Origin: Phoronis australis
Taxonomy: Eukaryota; Animalia; Phoronida
Direction: 5' to 3'
DNA length: 64,000 bases
Assembly: GCA_002633005.1 (NCBI GenBank)
Contig: NMRA01000193.1
Coordinates: 666,071-730,070, forward strand
Positions within the stretch are counted from its first letter, which is position 1, and every line of letters starts with the position of its first letter. The translations under genes were made by a program, and so were the position numbers. Below are positions 11,838 through 24,441 of the stretch, piece after piece. The notes under the pieces are model-generated. The model did no database searches. It was not told the DNA's origin and saw only the letters and a program-made list of their open reading frames with translations.

Positions 11838-14691
11838 TAAACTAGAAAGATTATTGAAAATTATATGACCTTTGCACCAAACGACCTCTTCCGGTGCAAT
11901 ATAGAATCTGATTATATAACGAATCAAAATTTATATACTGTCAAAAGTCATATGCTGAACGTACCTGCACCCAATTTGGAGTTATTTAGCCTCAAAGTAG
12001 GTCGGAAGAAGAATAAGAAGAATAAGAAGAATAAAATTGAAGAAAACCCAGGAACAACAGTACTCTGCGCTTACACACGCAGAGTAATAAGAATAAGAAC
12101 TAGAAAGATTATTGTCACGGAGTGACAATAAGGGACTCTGCGCGTGCGTATTACTGGAATTATTATGGGAAGTTACTGACAGCAACTTGTTTACCAATAT
12201 GAAAAGGAATTCTTCAAATTGTAGGAGAAATTACATATTAATTTTTTGATGACCTTTCCACTAATTGACCTCTTCCGGTACATTATGAGCCCCGATGAGG
12301 GAGTAATTGTTAACTCGATTAAAAGTGTCGTTAATGCTAATAATAACAGATGTTTTACTTTAAGCACTTCAGAATACAAGATGAATGAAGTGGTCCAACT
12401 TTCAGTAGAAAAATGCACCTAATGACCCCATGGGTGCACCAAATTACCCGAAAATTTAGAATTTAAACTCAATCGCACTTAATAAACAGATATGTAATTT
12501 TGAAGTCTCTAGCTCAAAATTTTAGTTTGCACTCAATGACCTTTGACCTATTTTTTCTGATTGGTTAAGTCTATTGCAAAGAAAAGTAGGGTATTCAATT
12601 GGCGTGTTGACTTACACCAGTGTGCTGAAATTGAAAAGAATTCCTTGAAAAACTTAAGATATATAACATTTTGAACATTACATGACCTTTGCACTAATTG
12701 ACCCTATCCGGTGTATTATAAGCGTCTTTAGGTGAATCATTGCAAAGCCCATGAAAAATATGTTTCATGCTGAGAATCACAGTTGTCTAACCGTTGACAC
12801 ATCACAATACTTGCTGATTGAAAAGGTCAAATTTTCAGAAGAAAAATGCACCTAATGACCCCGTGTTTGCACCAAATGACCTGATACTTTGGATTCCGAA
12901 TTGAATTACCTGTGCCAATCAGAAATGTGAATTTGAAATGTCTAGCTTAAAATTTTAGTTTTCACCAAATAAACTTTGACCTATTTAACCTGATTGGTTG
13001 ACCCGATTACTTAGAAAAGTAATATTTTGAATTGTCATGTTGACTTATACCTGTGCACCGAATTTAAAAAATATAGCTTTAAAACTGAAGGAGGAGTACC
13101 ATTGGGAAAATTATATGGCCTTCGCCCAAACGACCCCTTCCGGTGCATTATGGAATATCATTATATAACGAATCAAAATTTATGTACTGTCAAAAGACAT
13201 ATGCTGAATTTAAAGAACGTACCTGCACCCAATTTGGAGTTATTAAGCCTCAAAGTTGGTCGGAAGAAGAATAAGAATAATAAGAATCAGAAGAATAAGA
13301 ATAAGAAGAATAAGAATAAAATTGAAGAAAACCCAGGAACAACAGTACTCTGCGCTTGTACGCGCAGCGAATTAAGAAGAAGAACTAGAAAGATTATTGT
13401 CACGGCGTGACAATAATGGACTCTGCGCGAGCGTATTAAAGGAATTGTTATGGAAAGTTACTGACAGCAACCCGGTTTCCAATATGAAAAGGAATTCTTT
13501 AAAATTGTAGGCGAAATTACATGTTAAAATTTTGATGACCTTTCCACTAACTGACCTCTTCCGGTGCATTATGAACCCCGATTAGGGAATAATTGTAAAA
13601 CCAATTTAAAGTGTGGTTAATGCTAAGAATCACAGATGTTTTACTTTAAGCACTTAAGAATACAACATGAATGAATTGGTCAAACTTTCAGAAGAAAAAT
13701 GCACCTAATGACCCCATGGGTGCACCAAATGACCTGGAAATTTAGAATTCAAACTCAATCGCACTAAGTTAACAGATATGTAATTTTGAAGTCTCTAGCT
13801 CAAAATTTTAGTTTGCACTCAATGACCTTTGACCTATTTTTCTTATTAGTTAGGCCTATTACGAAGTAAAGTAGGGTATTCAATTTACATATTGACTTAC
13901 CCAAGTGTGCTGAAATTGAAAAGAATTCCTTGAAAAGCGTAAGAGATACAACCTTTTGAACGTTACATGACCTTTGCAATAATTGAACCTATCCGGTGCA
14001 TTATAAGCCTCTTTAGGAGAATTAATGCAAAGTCCATGAAAAATATGTTTAATGCTGAGAATCACAGTTGTCTGACGGCTGACACATCAGAATACTTGCT
14101 GAATGAAAAGGTCATATTTTCAGAAGAAAAATGCACCTAATGACCCCATGTTTGCACTAAATGATCTGAAACTTTGGATTCCGAATTGAATTTCCTGTGC
14201 CAATCAGACCTGTTAATTTTAAGTGTCTAGCTCAAAATTTCAGTTTGCACCTAATGACCTTTGACCTATTTCACCTGATTGGATGACTCGATTACTTAGA
14301 AAAGTATTTTTTTAAATTGTCATGTTGACTTATACCTGTGCACCAAATTTGAAAAAGATAGCTTTAAAACTGAAGTAGGAGTAGCATTTTGAAAATTACA
14401 TGACCTTTGCACCAAACGACCTCTTCCGGTGCAATATGGAATATGATTATATAACCAATCAAAATTTATATACTGCCAAAAGTCATATGCTGAATTTTAA
14501 GACTGTACCTGAACCCAATTTGGAGATATTAAGCCTCAAAGTTGGTCGGAAGAAGAATAAGAAGAAAAAGAAGAAGAATAAAATTGAAGAAAACCCAGGA
14601 ACAACAGGACTCTGCGCTTACACGCGCAGAGTAATAAAATTGAAGAAAACCCAGGAACAACAGGACTCTGCGCTTACACGCAGAGTAATAA
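11838..14691 (+). mobile_element. Head-to-tail array of Helentron-like non-autonomous elements (1285-bp unit with ~433-bp subrepeats)
   Basis: Units start aactagaaagattattg at 11839 (internally deleted), 12098 and 13383. Each full unit has a 5' palindrome ttattgtcacg..gtgacaataa, tgacctttgacc motifs, an (aagaat)n tract and a 3' stem-loop actctgcg..cgcagagta. The tail is duplicated at 14581-14691. The repeat structure is directly visible; the superfamily is inferred. Confidence 0.75.
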
Positions 14692-16422
14692 GCATAACAA
14701 TAAGTTGCTAACGTCCCGTCACATTAGCTAAATCCCTTTTCTTAGAAGAGCCTTTGGACAACAGCATTTTGGAGAAAATGACACTGGATTCACTCGGTCG
14801 TTTGATGTAACGAACGGTGAATACGCAGACACAACTCTACCCGTTTACGGGCCCTTGCAACGCGGCAGCAAATTACATACATGTTAAGAGACAGTCTATA
14901 TAAAAACCAGTAGATTTTCAAAAATCAATCTATACGTCAAAATTCAAAATAACTTCTTGTTTTGTGCATGGATAGGTATCCTAACAAAATTCTTAGTGCC
15001 ACAATTTGTGCACTCAATGACCCCTAACATCGCTGCTGGAGCACTACACCGCAAATGGTCATATTGGCCGTCTCCAAAATTGTACGTTTTCAGCAAAGAA
15101 AATAAGTAACTTTCAAAACAGATTGAAAAGTGTACTTTGGCGGTTGGAATAACCAATGTATATTGTAAATAAATATTTGGCATTTACTCAAATTTGACGG
15201 GTTTGTGATAAACAGGGAAGATAATCCACAGACCACTTTTCCTAGCTAATTTTGGTGGTCGTATATGTGACCCTCTTACCGCCATATTGCACCTTGTAGC
15301 TTTATGTAACTTTTTGAACATACAGCTAATAAGTACAACTTGATGACTGAGCAAAATGTATTTTGCTTCAACCTCACATTTAGTAAAAACAGTTTTGCAA
15401 AGTTGTCGATTTTGGAAATAATGAGCAGAGTTTACAGATAAATTGAACGAAATTTAACAAAACAATCTGTTTTTAATTGATACAAAAATCCCTTCTAAGC
15501 TCTTTCAAATGGAAACAAGTAGTTTTTTGGATGTATTACGCGATCAGTTTCAAAACTGAACCCGCATATCTTTGTCCTGTGAGTCAGTTGACATTAGGTT
15601 TGAGGATAATAAACTTGTACATGTAACCCTCTTGTTTTCTTCCATTATCATTTATTTTACACTTTCAGCTCAATTAAAATGAAATAAATCCCTTTGAAGT
15701 TTGAATTTGCAAGAATTGTTATTGTAAAGACTGGTTTTGAAGCTATCATGTTGTTAAATACTAAATGAAGAGCGAAAGTCATTTCTGTTTCTTTAAAGAG
15801 GTTTCATCAAGTGCGATCACAACAGCTTTGTGGCTTTAGTCTGCCATACTAAAAACACTTCAGAACATCCGAGATACTGTAAAGTACCGCATAAAACAAG
15901 GCCAGTGGTAAAGTTTGAGCTTATACTATCCAAAGTAGAGGTTAATTTGTGACTGAACACTACTAGTCACGAAGTCGAATCATATGCCATGTTCACCGAA
16001 GAGAATTTTGTCCCGGTTCTCACCCAAGCAGAAAGTGTCTGTGCCCAAGATCTCAGAAGAAAATCTGAGCCAGGCATTGTCTTCACCATTTCACGGTGGA
16101 TATTGGCTCAGTTTGGACAGGCTCAGAATTGGTACCACCAAGTGAACCTTCGACTTCAAGAGCAATAAGATCAAGTCACACGGCTTGGAGTTAAATGACT
16201 CAGCTTTCGTAGTGCTCGCCATATACATGTATCATATTTTTATCGAATTTAATCGTAGCCTGTACTGTAGATACCTCACTAAGTGGCATCCGCAATCCCC
16301 GGTTGGTAGCTGTGAAACCCTCAGTTAAGAGATGGCTGGTGCCCCCCTTTAACAACAGTTGTTTAGCACCCCAACCCCGCCCCCTCTCCGGAAGACGCCC
16401 TGCTGCATCTGACCCCCCCCCC

Positions 16423-16475
16423 NNNNNNNNNNNNNNNNNNNNNNNNNNNNNNNNNNNNNNNNNNNNNNNNNNNNN
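16423..16475. other. Assembly gap (N run)
   Basis: 53 N bases next to a poly-C tract. Confidence 0.99.
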
Positions 16476-16669
16476 TTTTCGGGGGATTTGTAGGCAACTG
16501 TGATTTGAAAACCAAACATAAACACCAAACGTGCGGCATAAGAACAACATGAAGTAACGGCCATTAAAAACACTGGCATAAAGTAAGTCTCTCAATTCAC
16601 AATTTACAACTGTCGAGCTAAAGATACCCAAAATCATCAAATCTAGAAATTACAGTGTTCCATTAGAAT

Positions 16670-17330
16670 TGTTTTATACTGTTTCATGTAACTAACGCTG
16701 TCTCTAGCATAACCGAAGGTCTCAAAAATAATTTCATATTCATGGAACAGGCCCCCAAAAATGAGTGACATTCATGTTGGGCTACTGCGACGGGGTCAAT
16801 AAATTTCCAAGATAACGTAAACAGGGTCAGTCCACTTGTGGCAGGAGGGGTTGCCGCAAGTAAAACAAGGTAGTTAAGGTGTAATTTGGCGCATTTTAAA
16901 GTTCAGTCAATTACAAAATACAAATTAGTGGCTGACTTCTGTTCACAATAATTCAAAATTCTACGCTAGTACCGCAGAGCCACGATTTCCTCCACATCAA
17001 ACTGCGCGATGCCCTGTCGAAGATCATTCTCTCTTGCAGTAACTTTCAGTTGCTTGCACCCAGATCCATTGTCTTTGCAGGAACGAGACATTGTTCTGCG
17101 AGTAAGCTAATCAGAACTGTTTTCTTCAAGTTCTGTTTGCTCCAACGTAGCCGTACTCACCATGGGTCGATCATCAAACTCATCATGCGACGAGTTGCTG
17201 TCATCAGACAATGACTCGTCGCTGTCACTAAATTCGTCTTCTTCTCCGTCCACAAAGTATTCTTCATTGAGTTCAGTTAATTCTTGCTGATCTTGATTCG
17301 GCAGTCCGCGGCAAGTGTCAATCAGATATC
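16670..17330 (-). pseudogene. Decayed coding remnant, possibly the N-terminus of a DNA-transposon transposase
   Basis: Acidic tract EEYFVDGEEDEFSDSDESLSDDSNSSHDEFDD, then SCKDNGSGCK..FDVEEIVALR and a frameshifted KLF.ETFGYARD, with stops. The family is uncertain. Confidence 0.3.
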
Positions 17331-17584
17331 AGCTACACGGTGATCACCCATATTGCTGTCTTGTCAACATGCCGTGACCTCGCGACCCCACAATGTCAAG
17401 CCCTTTTGACAAATTCCAGCGAATGAGGTCAGCGATTTATTAGGTTGAAAGGTCGTAGCAAGCTAAAAGACTAGTGAGTGGCAATTCGGTTGAATTAACC
17501 TCGAATGCAATAAGTGAAATTACGTTGAATGATTGGATGAAAAACTCAAAGAACTTACTACATGCATAACTTACTTGTAAACAG

Positions 17585-17913
17585 CGACGTCGTTGCTGCT
17601 GACCGTCGCTCGTCTTCAGCTGGTTAGGAATCGTCATTGGTCGATTCGGCCCTGATCCAGTACGACCTCCAAAACCCCGGTCCCCTGAGGTGGATCCATA
17701 CCTCAGGTACTGCGATGGTCATGATGCCAGATGTTACTTCTTTGCAGCCAGATGTATGCTGAAGGTGCTTCCGCTGCTGCTGAACAGGTCTTTAACAGCT
17801 CTTTCCGTGATGTCTTAGTAAGCCCCATAAGCTCTTGGTGGTAAATCCTCTACAGCGAACATTCACCGGGATGTTGTAACACTTCCACCCATTGTCTGTG
17901 CAGTGATGTATCA
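17585..17913 (-). mobile_element. HERO-type (RLE) non-LTR retrotransposon, 3' end and 3' UTR
   Basis: Translation IHHCTDNGWKCYNIPVNVRCRGFTTKSLWGLL...AAEAPSAYIWLQR matches the end of the restriction-like endonuclease (GW...PVEVGCRGF...AE..S.WLW). It continues the fragment at 24442-25262. Confidence 0.8.
17605..17667 (-). ncRNA. Candidate non-circularly permuted hammerhead-like RNA in the HERO 3' UTR
   Basis: Minus strand GGUCG-UA-CUGG aucagggcc GAAU-CGACC aaugacgauuccuaa CCAG-CUGAAGA cg. Stem III is GGUCG/CGACC, the triplet is GUA, and stem I CUGG/CCAG abuts CUGAAGA. GAAA carries one substitution and stem II is weak. Confidence 0.45.
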
Positions 17914-18951
17914 GAGTCACTGCATGAGAAAGTCAGGCAGATGCGGGAACATAACATGTCACGGATTTTTTGAAATATAGCTTAGTTTTACTCTTAGTTG
18001 GAATGGTCAACACCTAAAATAATTTCATTTAAAATATCTAACTTCTTCACAGAAAACTGCCCCCTCGAAATTTTGGCTAGTTTATGGCTTCGGAAACCAT
18101 CAAATTTTATCTTTTTTGGGGCATCACTGTGTAACAACGACAAATTAATAGAAACTAAGTATGACATACTGAATAAACACAACTTCTGTCTACATGAAAG
18201 TGTAAAACTCATAGTTGAAACGTATTCGCAAATTAGCTATTTTGTTACTTTTTCAACCCACGTGAGTCAAGCTGTGCAACTGGTGGAAATGCCCTTTATT
18301 CGATCGTTATTTCTTTTACCGCGAAAAAACACTCAGAAAAGTAACATATTACATGTGAAAGCTGAGCCTTTGTAGAGTACATATCTATTAAAACATTTGT
18401 GGACAGCGACCTGTGTGTCCTGCATGCTTTGATTGAAACCACCCACTTTGCTGATATCGGTCGTCCTGTTCGCCATTACTGTCATACTCCCATTAACAAA
18501 CCAACAACGTTCTAAACATTTATGAGTAACAAAAAACGATGTCAACAAGATCGTTAAGATTTTTCAAAGCTCGAAATCTGAATTACATTAAAATTCGTGC
18601 GGCTAGTGCTCAGAACATTACAGTTAAACCTGAAATTACGGCCTCAAAACGATGACAATTGTCGGTCCTGTATCGTCTGCTTGACGTCTAGTAACGTAAA
18701 GCGGTTCCGAAAAAATAGTACGTATATTAACACGAGCCACGCCAAAAATCACACTTGATTGAATGGTTATTGCTAACCATACCTTTTAAGTACCGAAGAC
18801 CTACGGGGAGCACTGATCCTGTAAATGTGAAAATCTTCCGGGTAGTAATTTTTCTCCTGCTCATCTGATGGCGCACCGGTTTACCGAGTGGGAAAAATGA
18901 ACCTTCTGTTGAACAAGTTGTACTCATTACGCAGTGCCAAGTCAATATTTT

Positions 18952-19273
18952 CAGGGCGGATCCAGGATTTTGATTTAGGGGGGCCAGGGCACAGGAATAA
19001 CCAAAATTTCGGCAAATGCGCCCGTCCAGCCTAAAGCGTGGGGATGCGGGAGTCTCGAATTTTTGGGATTGCGAACCTGTTGACTAAAAAAAACGGAAAA
19101 AACGGGGTTTGTTGAGGCCTATGCATTGTTCATTTGCTCCCCCCTCCGAGCCCCCCTGGTTGCGCTCGTGTGCTAGTCAGCGATTCACACCCGAACTGCC
19201 AAATGGTATCTGGTAGAATTTTAGGGGGGCCATGGCTCCCTTGCCCCCCCCCCCNCCCCCTAAATCCGCCACT
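18952..19273. mobile_element. G/C-tract MITE nested in Sola3
   Basis: cagggcggatccagg...ggggggcc start and cccccctaaatccgccactg end. A related element lies at 22768-23050. Confidence 0.55.
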
Positions 19274-22200
19274 GATTGTAGGGCGCGACCAAGCGTTTAA
19301 CTTTGAGAAATCCTGCATTTTTGGCTACGTATTCAATGCACGGAAAACGTATATTTGCTTTGCCATTTCTATAGGAGTGTTTTCGCCAACCTCCACTCAA
19401 CACTTCTTGAAGCAACGTTTCAGCCAGTTGTATTTACAATTGTCACCGGGACTTCCATTTTAGTGATGCAAAGTAAAGGACTGAAACGTAGTTTCGATGA
19501 AGCATTGCAGGTTTAGGTGAGAATGGACCAGAAGATTCCAACCGTGATTATAGAACATCCCTAACACAATATGAATTCGAGATGTACATAAAAATACTAC
19601 ATAGGGCCAGGAATGTCATTGGTTAACCTGGGCATCAGATGTAAACCACTAGCAGATCCAGAATTTCAAAAAGGGCAATTGCAGTGGTGCTATGAATTTG
19701 AAATACAGACAGACTACGAAAATGTGAAATTATTTTACGTAAGGTATCGGTGAACTTAAGTGATTTATTATCTAATACTCATGGAAACTCTGACTTCCAA
19801 CACATAGAAAAACACATCAGTGCAGTATTTATTTCAAAACGCAGCCTTTGGTCATGGTTGACATCGGGCTATTGATAGGACACTTTAGTTTCCCACCCGT
19901 AAATTGATTATAGTGCATATGTGTATTATACAAGTGTGGGTGTTAAAGCTGGTTGTGAACGTTCAGTTTCGGGTATCGAGATCTTTAATCAAAAGAAGTA
20001 AAAATGAAACCATGGTCTACATCACACTCTAATTTTTGTCAACATCATACAAAAACAGGAAAAACGGAAAGTCCCCAAGATTGCATCTCTGGCAGTATGC
20101 TTCCAGGGATGTTAATACTATGTAATATATAAAACAAGAAATCTCTAGGTGGTGCAGCATACATTATATTCATCTGAAACAAGACAATGCTGTCACATTC
20201 TTGCCAAATTCCATACATCAAGATACTTGGTTGATAGAGAACCGCTAGAGGATGCCACAGCACTCAGACATGTCGTAAAATTTATGCCGGGCATACTCGC
20301 CTAAATAATGTAACACATACGTCAAATTGCACCTAGATTCATCAACCCAACTTTGTAAATATTGCGGTGCAGATAAACAAACAAATTGCCACACCGGGCG
20401 CCTCGGTGATTGCACCCATCAGAAAACCTGTCAGTCGTGATCATCTCAATAGGAACACATGAGCAAAATTTCAGAACTATCCTCCAAGCAATTTCAAGGA
20501 CAGAGAGGCTGCTGCCAGAAATAATAATATTTAGTGGCACAGAATATTTTAAATCCAGCCGAAACTAGCAGTTTGTTCTCGTTTCCTCAACAGAAACAAA
20601 TATACCATATTGCACGAAAATACATCAAGAAGAAACTTGGTAGATATAGAGGCATACATAAAGAAAACCTAAATTGCCTTTAAGCATTGCTGTAGTGGCG
20701 CGTAGGCATAGGTAGGCGCAACCAACCACCGTTTGGCATTTGAACGTAGTGCCTTACGCACCATAAGTTACGTTCAGTGCTCAGGGTGATTTGGTGGGCT
20801 TTGGGCGCCTACTTACCCTTAATTTTACCCCTACAGCACTACCATTAAAGGCCACCATAGGATATCGTTCAATCAACAATCAGTGTCAGTCGTGCTCATC
20901 TCAATGGCAACATTTCTGTACAGGTTACATAGGTACGCCAGGAAGTAGGAAAACGTGAGTATCTCGATAACTGAAACTTATTTGCGAAATTTGATGAAAA
21001 CCAGTCAAGAAACTTGCTCGATAAAGAGACTAACATGAAGAAGTAAAGTTGCCACTAGGGGCCCAGTGGTAGTCAAATACATCCCAAAACTTTCTTGTGT
21101 CATCTCATTTGTAAAATTTCAAATCCACCAAGGATTTGGAGATGCAGCAGTAGATGCCAGACAAAAAGACCGGATGAAAGCATAATGGGCCTATACACAC
21201 ATGCTTGCAAACAGTCATACAGAACAAGGCAAAAGTAATCAGACAATACAAATATTTGCCCCACTTGATGGCTGGTCCTGTTAATGCAAAAATGACTGGT
21301 AATAATTACCACAGCTAATTACAGAATGTCTTAGCCACCATACTAACAATCCTGTTTCCCTTCATTTTCAGTCACAAAGGAAGACCACTTTGACCACGAC
21401 TTCTACTTTTGCCCCAGCTGTCCTGGCAAGGAATTCCGGGTTATTTTGTGAGGATACGTTTGACTTGTACTGTATATTAATGTATACAAATAACCTGGAA
21501 ATGACAGTTAAAGGGGCACTCTTGGCGTGAGAATTAATTTCACAGAAAATATCATGAAATCTAACTCACTAGCAACATTACTTCATAGCAATAGACACAC
21601 CATAAGGTGCACAACAAAAATACAGTAACACTGATGATTACGATCTACATGGATACTGCTCAAGATATTCAAACAGCAGTTCTGTGATTGTGTCCTTCGG
21701 ATCTCGTTTGTTGAGAACACCTCACTGGATCGCTTTTTGACCAGTTATCAGCCCTTCGTTGAACGCATCACTCAAAAACATCTTTACGCTTTCAGTCATT
21801 ATTTCAGACCTTTATGATGACTTCAGAGCCCACCCAATTACGCTGTATGGCTCTCCTGCTGTTTGGGTACTACCTGCCTGCATTTTTACACCTGTAAATG
21901 TAAAACTCAATAAGATAGTATATGTTATCTAGTCCATTGGCAGGCTACCAGAACAACAATTGTCAAACACTCGTGAACACCACTCACACACCTAATTGTA
22001 AGCTGATCCCTGTTCACACAAATCACAAACACAGCTTTTGCAACCAATAACCAGTTCAAAAACTCACGTGACTAAGAATCATATGCATGACTCAGGGAAG
22101 ACTGTGTGAGGAGTGTTTAAAGGTAAAAAAGCTGGATGCAACACCAGGAGCCAATCTTTTTGAATGGGTAGCCATGTTTTGTTAATTCACAAAATGAGCT

Positions 22201-22767
22201 TACAAAATCCAAATGCTGTGGTCATAAGTGAGAGAGTTGTGATGTTTGAGTGGTCTGATTGATACATTAATCCACCTAAAAAAATCCAGTCTAAATTTGT
22301 GCGAATGTCCAAGCCATGGCTGCGTAGGCTGTTGAGTAGCATGTTCCACAACAGCTTCACTTTTTGTTGGGTTGTAAAATAGAACATCACACAGCCCATT
22401 TCCATGTTGACTATTAAGTCAACTTGGAACAGTCAGTGACTAAAATGCACAACAAATGTTATATGTCAAACTTATGAATTTGTGATGCCAAATTAAGTTC
22501 AACGAGCATGCTGTTAGATCATGAACTTCACCTTCTATACCAGCGACTTTGGCAGCCCACTTTCTCCCCACATCAGTAGTAATCTTCAAGTGCTGTTGAC
22601 TGTTTATCATGCCAGCCCATGCTAACTTGCTGCTTGAGGTCGTTTCGAGAGGCAAAAGCGTTGTTACAGCCATTTTTGGACACTGGAATATCTTCATCTT
22701 TCGATTGCTGAAACTAGTGAAAGGTATCAATGAGGATGCAACATGACATTCCTCAACCACTAGTTCC

Positions 22768-23050
22768 CATAGGCGGATTTAGGGGGGGGGGGCAGGGAGC
22801 CCGCAAGCAAAAATGGAACAGCAAGAGCGTGATGCGCGAGGAAGTACTGAATAAGCAATTAGGATGCGGGGAAGGGGGCGCCCCAGATCGCGTTTCTTGT
22901 TTTTTTAGTCCACCGGCAGATTTTCCGAACAGATGGTTCACATACCCGGCTCCTGCAACTTTGGGCCTGCTGCACATACACGTGCACTTTGACCGGTTAC
23001 CCAAGACAACATGTCGGCAACCCCCTCATGGTATCCTAGATCCGCCACTG
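22768..23050. mobile_element. G/C-tract MITE interrupting the Sola3 transposase remnant
   Basis: cataggcggatttaggggggg...ctagatccgccactg termini; transposase-like translation lies on both sides. Confidence 0.55.
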
Positions 23051-24441
23051 GTTCCACTGGTTTGCAATCAGAAGTAGGATTCTCCAAAACCACTCCATCT
23101 CCGATCTCATATGCTTTCCAAGCAACCACTTTTCTTGTTGAAATACGTAACTTAGTTGTAAGCATTAGAACACAAGTCCTTTTTAAAAATCAAGATATGA
23201 AAAAATATTCCATTTCATCAAATATTTAACTTTTGTTTCAGACCACATACACAGCTGAAACTTGTTCTTAGATGGTATAGAATCACAGCGTGATTTCTGA
23301 GAAAAAATAGTCTATGTAATTGTATACAGCCCATACTATGAATTGTTACGTAGCTCACCTTCAAATGAGAAGTTATTAAGTTGACGTAGTCCTGGGATTG
23401 AGTGGTGAACATCCTTTGCATTCCTGAGGCTGCAAACGTACACCTTGGCTTACAACCTCGATACTGCCACATACGATGCTTCGGACAGATGATCTTTGTT
23501 CTGGCCAGTTCCTTTGTCTCGCACACTCCCTTTCGTGCCAGATTGCCAATCAACTCCCATTCTTCCAAGTGATCTAGTGCGTTGACACTTTTCAGGTATT
23601 TGACAATATCTTTGTTGTAAGTAACACAGCGGCTCGCTGGCTTTGCCATTTTCCTTCAGAGCGTGACCTATTTTCGTGAACCTCATTCCGTTTCTTAGCT
23701 AAATGTACGTAACGCAATATTTCGCTAAAAGAACGTAGAAGCAATTCTGGTTATCCTGAATAAAATTTAATATGAGTTTTTTATTACGATTTACTTCCAA
23801 TTTGAATCATATTTTTCATGTATTCTGCTTTGCCGCCCTCTAGTGGTGGCAGTATGAAACAGGTGAAAGTGGTGAAAGTGCCTTCGCTAAAGCGTATATT
23901 CGAGAATTAAAAAAGGTGCTGCCCACCGAAATAACGATATCTTGTCAAAGACGAGAGCTGCAGGTATCACAGAACCCATGTGTTGGTGGTGTGCGTTTTT
24001 GCGCGCTTGAATTACATAGGCCTCTATATAGGTCTAAATTGGTAGCTGTTTTTGGCCCCTGGAGGCAAGTATTCAAAAGTTCCTTAAAAATATCAAACTA
24101 AGTGATTCTGAATTATTTTTGGCATTCTCAATTACAGAAATGATAGTTGTGAATAACTCAATCAAAGTTTTATTTTTTAAACGCCCGCAAAGTGGTTTTA
24201 TTCCCATGGAAACATAGGGCATATAGTTTTCAACAGTCGCGCACAAGGGGTTAGGCCATTTTTTCACCCGATTTAATTATTCATTATATATTTACAAAGT
24301 GACGAAAGACAAAACCAATTTTTATATTTTTGTAGCTAATTCACCCCAAGTGATATATATATACTAAATCAAATTTAAAATTTGTGACACGTCATGTTCC
24401 CATAATATTGAAAACTGTCTGACGTTCTCATGCAGTGACTC

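Larger units (their letters stand above)
17914..24441 (-). mobile_element. Sola3-like DNA transposon, internally deleted and decayed, inserted in the HERO element
   Basis: TIRs start GAGTCACTGCATGAGAA.GTCAG.CAG..GGGAACAT.AC.TGTCAC at both ends. Transposase pieces: IICPKHR (23450-23690), VVAWKAYEIGDG (~23070-23165), IFQCP.NGC..F...L...H finger (~22540-22700) and GWALKSS...FL...F.EG..TGQKA (~21730-21895). The 5'-GAG termini and GWAL motif fit Sola3. There is no clean TTAA TSD. Confidence 0.75.

Noticed and set aside
11865-14711. Repeated K/N-rich ORFs
   Set aside because: They arise from the (aagaat)n tract in the tandem units.
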